From contig CAVUHQ010000024.1 of assembly GCA_963741215.1 (NCBI GenBank), forward strand, positions 10,389 to 74,388: a stretch of 64,000 nucleotides of DNA, read 5' to 3'. Both the position numbers and the translations under genes were made by a program. Shown in pieces: positions 41,302 through 57,506 of the stretch; within the stretch, counting starts at the first letter, position 1; each line of letters begins with the position of its first letter. The notes beneath the pieces were generated by a model that was not told the DNA's origin, did not search any database, and was given only the letters and a program-made list of their open reading frames with translations. The stretch is from an uncultured beta proteobacterium (lineage in GTDB: Bacteria; Pseudomonadota; Gammaproteobacteria; Burkholderiales; SHXO01).

Positions 41302-41601
41302 TCACTTCTTCTCCTTCTTCTTGAACATCTCGAGCATGCGCTGCGTGACGAGGAAACCGCCGAACACGTTCACCGCCGCCAGGCCTACTGCGATGCCGCC
41401 GAGGATCGAGCCAAAGTCAGTGTGCTCGGCGCCAGCCGCCAGGATCGCCCCGACGATGATGACCGAGGAAATCGCGTTGGTGACCGACATCAGCGGCGTG
41501 TGCAGCGCAGGCGTCACGTTCCAGATGACGTGATAGCCGACGAACACGGCCAGCACGAAGACGGTCAGGTTGATGATGGTCGGGTCGATCGCTCCGCTCA
41601 T
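41302..41601 (-). CDS. pntA: NAD(P) transhydrogenase subunit alpha part 2
   Basis: Intact 99-aa [55 protein letters not shown]..., the typical PntAB membrane piece lying between pntAA and pntB. Confidence 0.9.
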   Translation of the reverse strand: MSGAIDPTIINLTVFVLAVFVGYHVIWNVTPALHTPLMSVTNAISSVIIVGAILAAGAEHTDFGSILGGIAVGLAAVNVFGGFLVTQRMLEMFKKKEKK

Positions 41602-41623
41602 GCTTTGCTCCTCGCTTGTGCCG

Positions 41624-42762
41624 TCATGGCCTCTTCACCACTTCCCCTCCGATGCACACCAGGCTCCCGGCGATGATTTCGTCCTCGCGGTTAAGGTTGA
41701 GCTGCGCCGGTCTTGGGATCGATCAGCAGGTTGAGGAAGTTGAGCAGGTTGCGCGCGTACAGGGCGCTCGCATCTGCCGCCACCAGCGCCGGCAGGTTGG
41801 CAATGCCGATCAGCTTCACGCCGTGCTTGATCACGATCTTGTCGCGCTCGGTCAAGGGGCAGTTGCCGCCCTGCTCGATGGCCATGTCGACGATCACCGA
41901 GCCGGGCTTCATGGCCTTGACCGTGTCTTCCTTCAGCAGCACCGGTGCGGGCCGCCCCGGGATGAGCGCGGTGGTGATGACGATGTCCGCGGCCTTGGCG
42001 CGCTCGTGCACCAGCTCGGCCTGCCTTCGCATCCAGTCGGCAGGCATGGGACGCGCGTAACCGCCCACACCCTGGGCGATCTCGCGTTCTTCGTCCGTGA
42101 GAAAGGGCACGTCCAGGAACTTCCCGCCCAGGCTCTCGATCTGTTCTTTGACCGCCGGGCGCACGTCGGAGGCTTCGATCACCGCGCCCAGACGCTTCGC
42201 CGTAGCGATGGCCTGCAAGCCCGCCACGCCGGCGCCCAGGATCAGCACGCGCGCGGCCTTCACCGTTCCGGCGGCGGTCATCAGCATGGGCATGAAGCGC
42301 TGGTACTCGTTGGCGGCCAGGATCACCGCCTTGTAGCCGCCGATGTTGGCCTGCGAGGACAGCACGTCCATCGACTGGGCGCGGGTGATGCGCGGCAGCC
42401 ACTCCATGGCGAAGCCGGTGAGGCCCTGCCGGGCGTAGCTCTCTACCGCCGCGGCGTCGTAGGGATTCAGCAGCCCGATGACGATGGTGTCTTTCTTGAT
42501 CGAGACCAAGCTCGGAGCTCTCCGGGGCGCGCACCTTGAGCACGATCTCCGACTGCTGGTACACGTCCGCCGCACCGCCCACGATCGAGGCGCCGGCGGC
42601 GGCAAACTCGGAATCGGGAACCGAGGCTTTCTCACCCGCGCCAGCCTGAACCAGCACCTTGTGATGGCCCGCGGCGGAGAGCTTCTTCACCGTCTCGGGC
42701 GTGGCCGCGACCCGCGTCTCGCCGGCGCGAACCTCGGCTGGTATGCCGATCTGCACAGTCAT
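41624..42762 (-). CDS. pntA: NAD(P) transhydrogenase subunit alpha part 1 (2 apparent frameshifts)
   Basis: The N-terminus [28 protein letters not shown] (ATG 42762) sits in the frame of ORF 41635-44664. The core is in ORF 41691-42635 ([20 protein letters not shown]...). The C-terminus [25 protein letters not shown] is in a third frame (stop 41624-41626). Confidence 0.9.
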
Positions 42763-42918
42763 GGTCTCCCTGAAGCGCCGCTGCCCAATCCTTCTTGGGC
42801 TTATCGCGTTGTCCTGGCGGCGGGGCGCGATTTCCAAACGTAGCCGCGGATTATAGGGAACTACGCAGGGTCGCGCCAACGCCGGCGCTATAATCACGAG
42901 AATTCGCCGCCCGCATCC

Positions 42919-44731
42919 ATGCCCTCCATTCGCGTACTCACCGAGCTCCTCATCAACCAGATTGCCGCGGGCGAAGTCGTCGACCGCCCCGCCGCCGCGC
43001 TCAAGGAACTGCTGGAGAACAGCCTGGACGCCGGCGCCCGCGCTGTCGAGGTGGAGTTGCACGGCGGCGGCATCAAGCAGCTCAAGGTCATCGACGACGG
43101 CGACGGCATCGACAAGGAAGACCTGCCACTGGCGTTGCAGCGCCACGCCACCAGCAAGATCGCCACGCTGGAGGACCTGGAGCGGGTAGCGAGCCTCGGC
43201 TTTCGCGGCGAGGCGCTGGCCAGCATCGCAGCGGTGTCGCACCTGACGCTGACCAGCCGCACCGCGTCCGCCAAGCACGCGTGGCGCATCCAGTCCAGCG
43301 GTGCGAGCGCCTCGCCGGTAGAGCCGGCCGCCGCCACTGCCGGTACCGTAGTCGATGTGCGCGATCTCTACTACAACACGCCTGCGCGTCGCAAGTTCCT
43401 GCGCACCGAGGGCACCGAGTTCGGCCACTGCGAGGAGGTGTTCAAGCGCATCGCTTTGTCGCGGCCAGGGATAGCCATGGGCCTGCAGCACAACGGGCGC
43501 GCCCAGTGGCGGCTGGCGCCTCAGTCCTTCGGTCAGCGCGTCCAGGCGCTGCTCGGAGAGGAGTTCGAGGCCGCCAGCCTGGCGCTCGACGAAGCTGCCG
43601 GCGAGGTGCGGGTGCACGGACTGGCTGCCTCGCCCACCTTCAATCGCAGCGCGCGCGACTACCAGTACTTCTTCGTCAATGGGCGCTTCGTGCGCGACCG
43701 CCTGATCGCCCACGCCGTCCGCGAGGCCTTCCACGACGTGCTGCATCAAGAGCGGCATCCGGCCTTCGTGCTGTTTCTGGAGCTCGATCCGGGCAAGGTC
43801 GACGTGAACGTGCATCCGACCAAGAGCGAAGTCCGCTTTCGCGATCCGCGCGCCGTGCATCAATTCGTGTTCCACGCGCTGACCAAGGTGCTCGCCCAAG
43901 CGCGCGCCGGCGGCTCGGCAGCGCCGGCAAGTTTCTCGATGACCGGCCAGAGCAATCCGGCCTTGGCCGTCAGCGCCGGGTTCGCATCTGGGGCACAGGG
44001 AACCGGTGGATATACGCAGCGAGAAAATTCCGTGCTGCGCCAGGGCAGCATGGCGCTCGCAACCCGTCAACCTGCAGCGTTCTACGAGTTGCTGTTTGGC
44101 CGTGAGGCTGGCAGCAGCGCGCCGGTCCAGCCGCCGGGATCCGAGATACCCCCGCTGGGCTTTGCGCTGGCCCAGCTGGCCGGCATCTACGTGCTGGCCC
44201 AGAACGAGACGGGCCTCGTGGTAGTGGACATGCACGCGGCACACGAGCGCATCATGTACGAGAAGCTCAAGACGGCGCTCGACGCCGACCGCATCCCGAC
44301 CCAAAGCCTGCTCATTCCGGCGACGCTGCGGGCGAGCCGGCTCGAAACCGCAGTGGTGGAGGAGAACGCGGCTGCGCTGCTCCAGCTCGGCTTCGAAATG
44401 GCGGTGATCGGACCCGAGATGCTGGTCGTGCGTTGCGTGCCAGCGGCGTTGCAGGACGCCGACCCGGTCGAACTGGCGCGCGACGTGCTGCGCGAGATCG
44501 GAGAGTATGGCGCCACGCGCGCGCTGCAGGAGCGGCGCGACGAGATGCTCGGCACAATGGCGTGCCACGCCGCAGTGCGCGCGAACCGCAGCCTCACCAT
44601 AGCGGAGATGAATGCGCTGCTGCGCGAGATGGAAGCGACCGAGCGGTCCGGCCAATGCAATCACGGCCGTCCCACCTGGACTCAGGTCGCGCTGGCGAGA
44701 GCTGGACCGGCTGTTTCAGCGCGGCCAGTAG
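42919..44731 (+). CDS. mutL: DNA mismatch repair endonuclease MutL (one apparent frameshift near the 3' end)
   Basis: MPSIRVLTELLINQIAAGEVVDRPAAALKELLENSLDAGA... ...MACHAAVRANRSLTIAEMNALLREMEATERSGQCNHGRPTW. A shift near 44690-44700 restores the usual ...ELDRLFQRGQ* ending (TAG 44729-44731). Confidence 0.9.
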
Positions 44732-44772
44732 GCGACGTCTAGGGTCGAGCAACGAGCACGACCACACGCGGC

Positions 44773-45726
44773 ATGACCACGCGCACGCGGAGCTCGCCGG
44801 CACTGCCTCCGGCCATTTTGCTCATGGGTCCGACCGCGTCGGGCAAGACCGGGGTCGCGGTGCGCTTGGCCGCGCGCCTTCCCGTCGAGATCGTCAGCGT
44901 CGACTCGGCACAGGTCTACCGCCACATGGACATCGGCACCGCCAAGCCCGATCGCGAGACTCTGGAGGCCGCCCCGCATCATCTGATCGATATCCTCGAT
45001 CCGAGCGAGCGCTACTCGGCCGCGCAGTTCTGCGAAGACGCCAACGAGGTGCTGGCCGAGATCCGCGGCCGCGGCAACGTTCCGCTGCTGACCGGCGGCA
45101 CTATGCTCTACTTCAAGGCGCTGCAGGAAGGCTTGAGCCAGCTGCCACCGGCGGACCCGGACACGCGGCTGGTGATCGACACGATGGCGGAGGATTCCGG
45201 CTGGCCCGCACTGCATGCCGAGCTGGAGCGTATCGACCCCGCGACCGCAGCGCGCCTCCAGCCCGGCGACGCACAGCGGATCCAGCGAGCGCTGGAGGTG
45301 TACTACCTCACCGGCCAGCCGATGTCGGCGTTGATCGCGCGCAGCCGAGCCAGCGGTGCGCCCTATCGCATGATTCCTATCGCGCTGGAGCCGAGCGATC
45401 GCTCGGTGCTGCATCAACGGATCGAGCAGCGCTTCGAGATCATGCTGGAGCTGGGGCTGATCGGGGAGGTGCGGCGGCTGCGCGAGCGCTTCGACCTCAA
45501 CTCTTCGCTGCCTTCCATGCGCGCGGTGGGCTATCGCCAGGTCTGGCAATATCTGGACGGCGAGTTCGGCCTCGCGACGTTGCGCGAGAAAGGTGCGGCC
45601 GCAACGCGCCAGTTCGCCAAGCGCCAACTCACCTGGCTGCGGTCATGGGAGGGCGCGACGCGCTTCGACTGCCTGGCCGACGATCTGGTCGAGCAGGTGG
45701 AGCGCTACCTCGCTGCGCGGCTCTAA
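44773..45726 (+). CDS. miaA: tRNA dimethylallyltransferase
   Basis: Intact 317-aa ORF with [15 protein letters not shown] (P-loop), [19 protein letters not shown] and [13 protein letters not shown]. Confidence 0.95.
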   Translation: MTTRTRSSPALPPAILLMGPTASGKTGVAVRLAARLPVEIVSVDSAQVYRHMDIGTAKPDRETLEAAPHHLIDILDPSERYSAAQFCEDANEVLAEIRGRGNVPLLTGGTMLYFKALQEGLSQLPPADPDTRLVIDTMAEDSGWPALHAELERIDPATAARLQPGDAQRIQRALEVYYLTGQPMSALIARSRASGAPYRMIPIALEPSDRSVLHQRIEQRFEIMLELGLIGEVRRLRERFDLNSSLPSMRAVGYRQVWQYLDGEFGLATLREKGAAATRQFAKRQLTWLRSWEGATRFDCLADDLVEQVERYLAARL

Positions 45727-45854
45727 AGCCCGGTCAACCGAGGAGACTCAAGCACACGGAGACTTCGGCGCACTGAACAACTGCACGGTGAGGTTGAGAT
45801 TTCGCCCATGCCCTTCCCGGTGCTCCGCATGCCTCCGTGGTTCGAGTCGAAGGT

Positions 45855-46345
45855 TCAGTTCAGGCCGGCGGCGGCGTCCGCGCCAGCCTTGGCGATCTGC
45901 CCGTCCTCGGTGGACTTGACTCCACTCACGCCGATGGCGCCGATGATCTGTCCGCCGACGGTGACGGGAACGCCGCCCTCGATCGGCAGCGCGCCGTGCA
46001 GCGCAGGATCACCTGCTTGCGTCCGCCCGCGACGGCGTCCTCGAATACTTTGGTCGGCCGCTTGAAGTTGATCGCGGTCTGCGCCTTCTTGATGGCCACG
46101 TCGATGCTGCCGGTCTGGGTGCCGTCCATGCGTTGCAGATAGATCAGGTGTCCGCCGTCGTCGACGATCGCGATCACCACATTCCAGCTGTTCTTCTTCG
46201 CCTCGGCTTCGGCGGCAACCGCGATCTTCTTGGCCGCCTCGAGCGTGAGCGCTTTCTTGTCGGCGAGCTGTGCAGGCGCAGGCAGCGAACCCACCGCAAA
46301 CAGGGACACCAGCAGCGCAGTGGCGAACATCTTCAGTTTCAGCAT
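45855..46345 (-). CDS. GlcG/HbpS-like (DUF336) heme-binding protein, secreted (one apparent frameshift)
   Basis: ORF 45926-46345 has the signal peptide MLKLKMFATALLVSLFAVGSLPAPA and VIAIVDDGGHLIYLQRMDGTQTGSIDVAIKKAQTA. The C-terminus GALPIEGGVPVTVGGQIIGAIGVSGVKSTEDGQIA is in ORF 45855-46499. Confidence 0.75.
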
Positions 46346-46511
46346 GACTCCTCCTCGTCAGTCGAGATCGATGTTTTGGCGACAGGCGAGCCTCCGCTCC
46401 GAGGCCCGGTGGACCGACTGCCACCGGGCACGCGCGCAACGCCGGCTCGATGCCCGATCGCAGGGCGTTCACGATACGCTCCGCGCGACAGACGCGCAAA
46501 TGCGGTGACCG

Positions 46512-47879
46512 TTATCCGCGCGTACGGATCACGCGACCCAGTGCCCCGCCTCGCGCGAAGGTCAGCGTCACATCGTCCCCCGGCGCCAGCTCCGCCGCAT
46601 CCCGTACGATGTGCCCATCGTCGCGCGCCACGATCGAGTACCCGCGCTCCAGCACGAGCTGCGGGCTGAGCGCGTTCAGATGTGCGCCGAGGCGCGCGAG
46701 AGCGGCGCCGCGCCGCTCCAACGCGCGCTCGGTTGCCAGCGTCAGACGCTGTGTCAGACGCTGCCGATGCAGTTCCAGATCCGGCCACGTCGGGAGCCGC
46801 GGCAGCCAGTCCCTGGCGCAAGCCCGCCAGATGCAGATTGCGCCTGGTCCAGTGCGCGCGCTACCCCGCGCTGAAGCCGGGCGGACAGATGCGATAGGTG
46901 CCGATGCTGGTCGCGGATGCGCTCGCCGGGATGGGTCAGACGCCGGCCCAGATAGTCCACGTGCTGCATGCGCTGCTCCAGCCCGCGTGCCGTCACGCGC
47001 GCCAGCCGGGCATGCAGCGCACCGAGCAGCGCCAGGAGCTCCACGCGCTTGGGGCTTACCAGCTCCGCCGCACCGGTGGGCGTAGGAGCACGTGCATCGG
47101 CTACGAAGTCGGCAATGGTGAAGTCGGTCTCGTGTCCCACGCCGCAGACCACCGGGAGGGCGCAAGCGTGCAACGCACGCGCCACGATCTCTTCGTTGAA
47201 GGCCCACAGATCTTCGATGCTGCCGCCGCCGCGGCACAGGATCAGCACGTCGCATTCGCGCCGCGCCGACGCCGCTATTGATCGCCGCGGCGATCTTCTG
47301 TGCTGCGCCCTCGCCCTGCACCGGTGTCGGATAGAGGATCACCGGAAGCGCAGGCATGCGCCGCCGCAGCGTGGTCAGCACGTCGCGCAGCGCCGCTGCC
47401 GCCGGCGAAGTGATCACGCCGATCTGGCGCGGAAAGCGGGGCAACGCTCTCTTGTGCTCCGCGGCAAACAAGCCCTCCCGTTCGAGCCTGGCCTTGAGCC
47501 GCGCGAAGGCCTCGTACAACGCGCCGAGCCCGGCGCGGCGCATGAACTCGACGCGAGTTGAAACTCGCCGCGCGCCTCGTACAGCGTCGGGCCGGCGCGC
47601 ACTTCCACCTGCATGCCATTGGCCGGGCTCCAATCCAGGTGCTGCATGCGATGGCGAAACATGACGCAGCGGACCTGAGCGCGCTCATCCTTGAGCGAAA
47701 AGTAGCAATGTCCGGATGCGGCGCGCGTGAAGTTGGAGATCTCGCCCGCCACCCACAGCAGCGGTAGGTTCTGCTCGATGAGTTGGCGCGCCATCAGGGC
47801 AAGCTGACGTCACGCTGATCGGCGCATTCGCATCCGTTCCGGCAGAAGTCGGAGTGTTGAACTCAAAATCCTCTTGCAT
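46512..47879 (-). CDS. xseA: exodeoxyribonuclease VII large subunit (>=4 apparent frameshifts)
   Basis: Pieces: 47685-47879 (start), 47414-47794 ([37 protein letters not shown]), 46512-47633 ([22 protein letters not shown]...), 46754-47248 ([24 protein letters not shown]...) and the end [18 protein letters not shown]. Confidence 0.85.
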
Positions 47880-48202
47880 GAAAGTTGGAAACCCTCAAGA
47901 TCGGATTGCTCGCGTCGTTGCTGTACGACAGGCTTCCGCGCAAGATGCGGCGATGACCGACTGCGTCGCCACCTGCCGCCCGGAATCGCGCTTCGGTGCT
48001 GGGTTTGCGGGCGGCCCGCCCGTTCATCCACAACTGGCCGGCGTTCCGAGAGGTGCTCCCGCAAAGGCCCGTCGTTACGGGGGTGTTGTTGAATACTTGT
48101 TTGATTATAAACATCTTTGCTGTTGCATATTTTTTGAGCGCGCGACTAAAAGGTATTGCAGTAATGCTACTTAAGTTCACTTTCGGCAAAGTATGCACAC
48201 TG

Positions 48203-48225
48203 TTATCCACAAAGACTGTGGACAA
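48203..48225. promoter_or_regulatory. inverted pair of DnaA-box-like 9-mers in the xseA/exbB divergent region
   Basis: TTATCCACA (48203-48211, perfect DnaA-box consensus), then AAGAC, then TGTGGACAA (48217-48225, reverse complement TTGTCCACA, 8/9). A further TTGTCCAGC lies at 48231-48239. Immediately upstream is an unusually AT-rich stretch (~48090-48200). Confidence 0.3.
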
Positions 48226-48357
48226 TTTTTTTGTCCAGCCTGGTCGGTTCGCGGCATGAAAACGTCTGCTCGATAAACCGATCTGCCGGGTTGCCGAATC
48301 GCAGCGCGCGGTTTAAAGTCGCGCTTCCTAATCGAACCCGCCCGGAGAACACCCGAA

Positions 48358-48973
48358 GTGTTGCATATCATCGAAGCAGCGGGCTGGCCGATCTGGCCGC
48401 TGATCATCGCATCGGTGATCGCACTGGGCATCATCGTCGAACGCGCTTGGTCGCTGCAGCGCGGAAAGGTCGTGCCGCGCGAGCTGCTGCCGCAAGTGGC
48501 GCAGGAGGTGAAGCTGAAAGGTGTCACCCAGGATCTGCTGAACCGCCTGTCGCAGGGCACGCTGCTGGCCCGCATCTTCGCCGTGGGCCTGAAGAACGTG
48601 CGCAGCTCGCGCGAGGTGATGAAGGAATCGCTGGAGGAGGCCGGGCGCGTCGCCGTGCACGAGCTCGAGCGCTTTCTGACCACGCTGGGCACCATCGCTT
48701 CGCTGGCCCCGATCATGGGATTGTTCGGCACAGTGGTGGGGATGATCGAGATCTTCGGCTCGCAGGGCGGCACCGGCATGAGCAGCAATCCGCAGCAGCT
48801 CGCGCACGGCATCTCGGTTGCGCTGTACAACACTGCGTTCGGACTGATCGTGGCCATCCCCAGCATGATCTTCTACCGCCACTACCGCGCGAAAGGTCGA
48901 CGGGCTGGTGGTGGAGATGGAAACGCAGGCGATCAAGCTGGTCGAGATCGTGCACGGCGAGAGGCAGCAGTAG
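48358..48973 (+). CDS. exbB: MotA/TolQ/ExbB proton-channel family protein (one apparent frameshift)
   Basis: MLHIIEAAGWPIWPLIIASVIALGIIVERA...LGTIASLAPIMGLFGTVVGMIEIF...VALYNTAFGLIVAIPSMIFYRHYRAK. The last ~25 codons (VDGLVVEMETQAIKLVEIVHGERQQ*) are in another frame (stop 48971-48973). Confidence 0.85.
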
Positions 48974-48975
48974 CC

Positions 48976-49396
48976 ATGGATTTCCGCCGTGGTGCGCGGC
49001 GCGAGGAGCCGGAGATGAACCTCGTGCCGATGATCGACGTGCTGCTGGTCATCGTGATCTTCCTGGTCGTCACCACCACTTACTCGCGCTTTTCCGAGCT
49101 GCAGATCAACCTGCCATCGGCGGAGGCGAACCAGGTCCAGGAGCGCCCCAATCAGATCAATGTCGCGGTGACCGCCAACGGCCAATACGTGATCGAGCGC
49201 GTCCCGCTTGGCCGCACGCGAGCCGGCTGCCATCAGCGTCGAGTTAAAGCGCGCCGCGCGCGGCAGCCCCGACCCGATGATCATCATCAACGCCGACGCC
49301 AACACCACCCATCAGTCGGTGATCAACGTCATGGAAGCCGCCCGCCTGGCCGGCTTCGGGCGTATCACCTTCACTACCCAGCAGCCGCGCCAGTAG
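48976..49396 (+). CDS. exbD: ExbD/TolR family protein (one apparent frameshift)
   Basis: ATG 48976 lies 2 nt after the exbB stop. EPEMNLVPMIDVLLVIVIFLVVTT...INLPSAEA; the C-terminus is in ORF 49208-49396 (MIIINADANTTHQSVINVMEAARLAGFGRITFTT). Confidence 0.85.
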
Positions 49397-49530
49397 GCAA
49401 GCTCCGAGCAAGTCTCACCTGCGCTGCGCGGCGCGCCGTTTCCATTCCTCCGGTCCGTCGCCAGTACCTCTTGTATCATGCTCGCAATGTTCATCCGTCG
49501 ACGTTGAGCCTCCGCCCCTAGCGCAACTGC

Positions 49531-52931
<3,401 letters not shown>

Positions 52932-52997
52932 CCGCGGGAGGTGGGCGCGGCTTGCGGTAACATGCGAGCCTTCCTCTGCGCCGCCGCCGCAGTCCCG

Positions 52998-54010
52998 ATG
53001 CGCGTGCTCGAATACTTCTGGTACCGGGTGCGTCCCGGCCATCTGATCCTCTACCCGCTCAGCCTGATCTTCGCCGCAGTGGCGGCGATGCGGCGAGCAG
53101 CCGTATCGGTCGGGATGGCTGCGAGCGAGCACATGCAGGTACCGGTGATCGTCGTCGGCAATATCACGGTGGGCGGCACCGGCAAGACGCCGCTGGTGAT
53201 CTGGCTCGCGGAGTTCCTGCGGCAGCAGCGGCTATCGCCCCGGCATCGTCACGCGCGGTTACGGCGGAACGCGAGAGGCTCCAGGAGGTCCGCTCCGACA
53301 GCGACCCGGCGCACGCCGGCGACGAGCCGGTGCTGCTTGCGCGGCGCATCGACGTTCCGGTCTTCGCCGGCCGCAGACGCGTCGATGCGGCGCACGCGCT
53401 GCTGCGCTGCTCATCCCGAGTGCGACGTGCTCATCAGCGACGACGGCCTGCAGCACTACGCTCTGGCGCGCGATCATCGAGATCGTCGTCGTGGATGGCG
53501 AGCGCGCGTTCGGCAACGGCTGGCTGCTGCCAGCCGGCCCGCTGCGCGAGCCGGTCGGCGTCTAGCTCTCGGTGGACGCGGTGGTGGTCAACGGAGGGGC
53601 GACTGCCCAGGCTGCGCGCTCCGCAGTATCGCATGCGCGTTCGAAGGCGAGACTTTCGTAACTTGCTCAACCCAGCGTTGCGCGCAGCGGCGGCCGACTG
53701 GCGCGATCAGACCGCTGCATGCGGTCGCTGGGATCGGCAACCCGACAGCGCTTCTTCGCGCAGCTCCGGCAGTTGGGGCTCGAGCTTCCGGCGCACCCGT
53801 TCCCGATCATTTCCGCTTCGCGCGCCGATGACCTTGCGTTCGCCGGCGAGCGAGGCGGTGCTGATGACGGAGAAGGATGCAGTAAAATGCGCTGGCATTC
53901 GCGCGCGAGAACTGGTGGTACCTTGCCGGTCGAGGCCGAAGTCGACCCCGCGCTCGGTAATCTCATCCTGGACCAAATTGAGATCCCTGAATGGACGCCA
54001 AGCTGCTTGA
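52998..54010 (+). CDS. lpxK: tetraacyldisaccharide 4'-kinase (>=5 apparent frameshifts; 3' end uncertain)
   Basis: [25 protein letters not shown]...[27 protein letters not shown] (P-loop), [45 protein letters not shown]. The pieces lie in all three frames, and the end overlaps or abuts the trm112-like gene. Confidence 0.8.
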
Positions 54011-54171
54011 CATCCTCGTCTGCCCGCTGTGCAAGGGCCCGCTGCTCTACGACAAGGCCGAGAAGGAGCTGATCTGCAAGCCGTGCCGGCTCGCCTATCC
54101 GATCAAAGACGACATTCCGGTCATGCTCGAAGAGGAAGCGCGCAAGCTTCGCCGCCGAGGAAGAGGTTTAG
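53991..54171 (+). CDS. Trm112/YcaR-family small zinc-ribbon protein (one apparent frameshift at the 3' end)
   Basis: [53 protein letters not shown]. Its position between lpxK and kdsB matches E. coli ycaR. A shifted frame gives AAEEEV* (TAG 54169-54171). Confidence 0.75.
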
Positions 54172-54247
54172 GCGACAGCGCGATGCGGCTACAGGCCATG
54201 CGGCTTGTGCGGTCCCTGCCTATCGCAGCTCGGAACCTGATCGCCTG

Positions 54248-55013
54248 ATGTACTTCGTCGTCGTCATCCCCGCTCGCTACGCCTCCACGCGCCTGCCGGG
54301 CAAGGCGCTGCTCGACATCGCCGGCAAGCCGATGGTGGTGCACGTCGCCGATCGCGCACAAGGCGAGCGGCGCGGCCGAGGTGTGGGTCGCCACCGATGA
54401 CGAACGCGTCGTGGAAGCGGTCGCAGCAGCATGGTTACCAGGTGCTGATGACAGCGGCAATCACGCCTCGGGCACCGATCGCATCGCGGAGGTCGCAGCG
54501 GAGCGCGGTTGGCGCGACCAGCACCATCGTCGTCAACGTGCAGGGCGACGAGCCGCGCATCGCGCCCGGACTGATCCGTGAGGTCGCGGAGGTGCTCGAT
54601 CGGCACGCCGAAGCCTCGATGTCCACTGCCTGCCACGCGCTGCACCGGCAGGAAGACCTGTTCGATCCGAACGTGGTGAAAGTCGTGCTGGATGCACGCG
54701 GCGACGCGCTGTACTTCAGCCGCGCGACGATCCCCTGGGCGCGCGATGCCTTTGCGCAAGGATCGGACCCGCATCCCGTACGGCCTCCCGGTCTACCGGC
54801 ACATCGGCATCTACGGCTATCGCTGTGGGTTTCTCAAGCTACGCGACGCTGGAGCCGCCGCACATCGAGCGCTTCGAGGCCTTGGAGCAATTGCGGGCCT
54901 TGTGGCACGGGTTTCGAATCACCGTCGCGATCACCGAGCAGGCGCCGGAAGCCGGAGTCGACACCCCGGAGGATCTGGAGACCGTGCGCCGCCTGTTCGC
55001 TGCCGACGCGTGA
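54248..55013 (+). CDS. kdsB: 3-deoxy-manno-octulosonate cytidylyltransferase (>=3 apparent frameshifts)
   Basis: [109 protein letters not shown]. They are distributed over three frames. Confidence 0.85.
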
Positions 55014-55770
<757 letters not shown>

Positions 55771-55887
55771 TAACCGCGACAGGCGCCTGGCCGGCTCGAG
55801 ATCGAGGCTTGCCGCCGGTGCGTCGCCCATACGCGTCTCACAGTACGTGTCTGACTGGTCAACCTGCGCAGGTTGTAGAGGTCGAAC

Positions 55888-57154
55888 ATGGCAAAGATGA
55901 ACGCGTTCTACGCCCAGTCGGGCGGGGTCACGGCGGTGATCAACGCATCGGCCTGTGGCGTGATCGAGACCGCGCGCAAGCACAAGAACAGGATCGGCAA
56001 GGTGTACGCCGGGCGCAACGGGATCATCGGCGCGCTGACCGAGGACCTGATCGACACCGGCAAGGAGTCGGCGAAGACCATCGCCGGCCTGCGCTACACG
56101 CCGTCGGGAGCATTCGGCTCGGCCCGCTACAAGCTGCAGGAAATTCGAAGAGGACCGCTCCCAGTACGAGCGCCTGATCGAAGTCTTCAAGGCGCACGAC
56201 ATCGGTTACTTCTTCTACAACGGCGGCGGCGACTCGGCCGACACGTGCCTCAAGGTTTCGCAGCTGTCGCAGCAGCTGGGCTACCCGATCGTGTGCGTGC
56301 ACGTGCCCAAGACCATGGACAACGATCTGCCGATCACCGACTGCTCGCCGGGGTTCGGCTCGGTGGCCAAATATCTCGCGGTGAGCATGCGCGAAGCGGG
56401 CTTCGATGTCGCGTCCATGGCCAAGACCTCGACCCGCGTGTTCGTGCTGGAGGCGATGGGACGGCACGCCGGCTGGACCACCGCGGCGATGGGGTCTGGC
56501 CGCAGAGAAGGCGGGCGATGCGCCGCACGTGCTGCTGTTTCCCGAGATCACCTTCGACGAGGTCACGTTCCTGGGCAAGGTCGACGCAGCGATCACCCGA
56601 TTACGGCTATTGCTGCGTAGGCGTGTCGGAGGGGCTGCGGGGGCCGGACGGCAAGTTCCTGTCCGACGCGGGCTTGCGTGACGCGTTTGGCCATGCGCAA
56701 CTGGGCGGCGTCGCGCCGCTGCTCGCCAATCTGGTGAAGGACAAGCTCAAGCTCAAGTACCACTGGGCGGTGGCCGACTATCTCGCAACGGGCGGCGCGC
56801 CACATCGCCTCCAAGACCGACGTGGCACAGGCCTACGCGGTGGGCAAGGCGGCGGTGGAGCTGGCGATCAAAGGCAAGAACGCCGTCATGCCCACCATCG
56901 TGCGCAAGTCCGGCAAACCGTACAAATGGACCATCGGCGTGGCCAGCCTCGAGGATGTGGCCAACGTCGAGAAGAAGCTGCCGCGCGACTACATCACCGA
57001 CGACGGCTACCACATCACGGCCAAGTGCCGCGCCTATCTCTCGCCCTTGATCCAGGGCGAGGACTACCCGCCGTTCAAGAACGGGCTGCCGGCCTACGTC
57101 AGGCTCAAGAACGTGGCCGTGCGAAAGAAGCTGGCGACCGAGTTCAAGGTCTGA
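55888..57154 (+). CDS. 6-phosphofructokinase, probably PPi-dependent type (>=4 apparent frameshifts)
   Basis: MAKMNAFYAQSGGVTAVINASACGVIE, FFYNGGGDSADTC, VHVPKTMDNDL (Lys in PKTxDND is the residue associated with PPi-PFKs; ATP-PFKs have Gly), VFVLEAMGRHAGW. The C-terminus is in ORF 56822-57154. Confidence 0.8.
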
Positions 57155-57506
57155 GAGAAGGGATAGGCGGCGAAGGAGATCGCCTGTACGATGGGAATAT
57201 CGCCGCAGCATGCGCGGAACTGTCTATGTCGGATCACGTCACTGAGATTTCGACGCTGCTCCCGACCTCTGGTCCCCAGCACCTGCACTGTCCCATCGCT
57301 CCTCGTCCCTAGTCCTCAGCCCCTAGTCCCTGCAGTACCAATCCGGTAAACTCGCGCGTTGCTTGCCCGCGGCCGCTCGCAGCTCCCCCCGATGGAGCAG
57401 GCGGCAGCGGCCGTCCGGCCCCGGGTCTGGACGCCGCCGCTGCTGGAGTCGGCCAGATCGGTTCACAACTACAGTTTCTTCAGCCAAAAACCTGACAGGG
57501 GGATTC

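Noticed and set aside
41635-44664. 1009-aa minus-strand ORF, the longest ORF in the track
   Set aside because: Its 3' part contains the genuine pntAA N-terminus. The rest is antisense to the well-supported mutL gene and translates to Arg/Ala/Gly-rich low-information sequence. It is a typical shadow ORF of high-GC DNA.
48090-48240. Chromosomal replication origin (AT-rich stretch plus DnaA boxes)
   Set aside because: There are only two or three boxes, no dnaA/dnaN/gidA-type neighbours and no 13-mer-like repeats that I can see. Divergent promoters are AT-rich anyway. I kept it as a low-interest regulatory observation instead.
57307-57329. Direct repeat CCCTAGTCC ... CCCTAGTCC (14-nt period) in the PFK-hppA intergenic region
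   Set aside because: There are only two short copies with no flanking symmetry. This could easily be chance, and I can attach no function.
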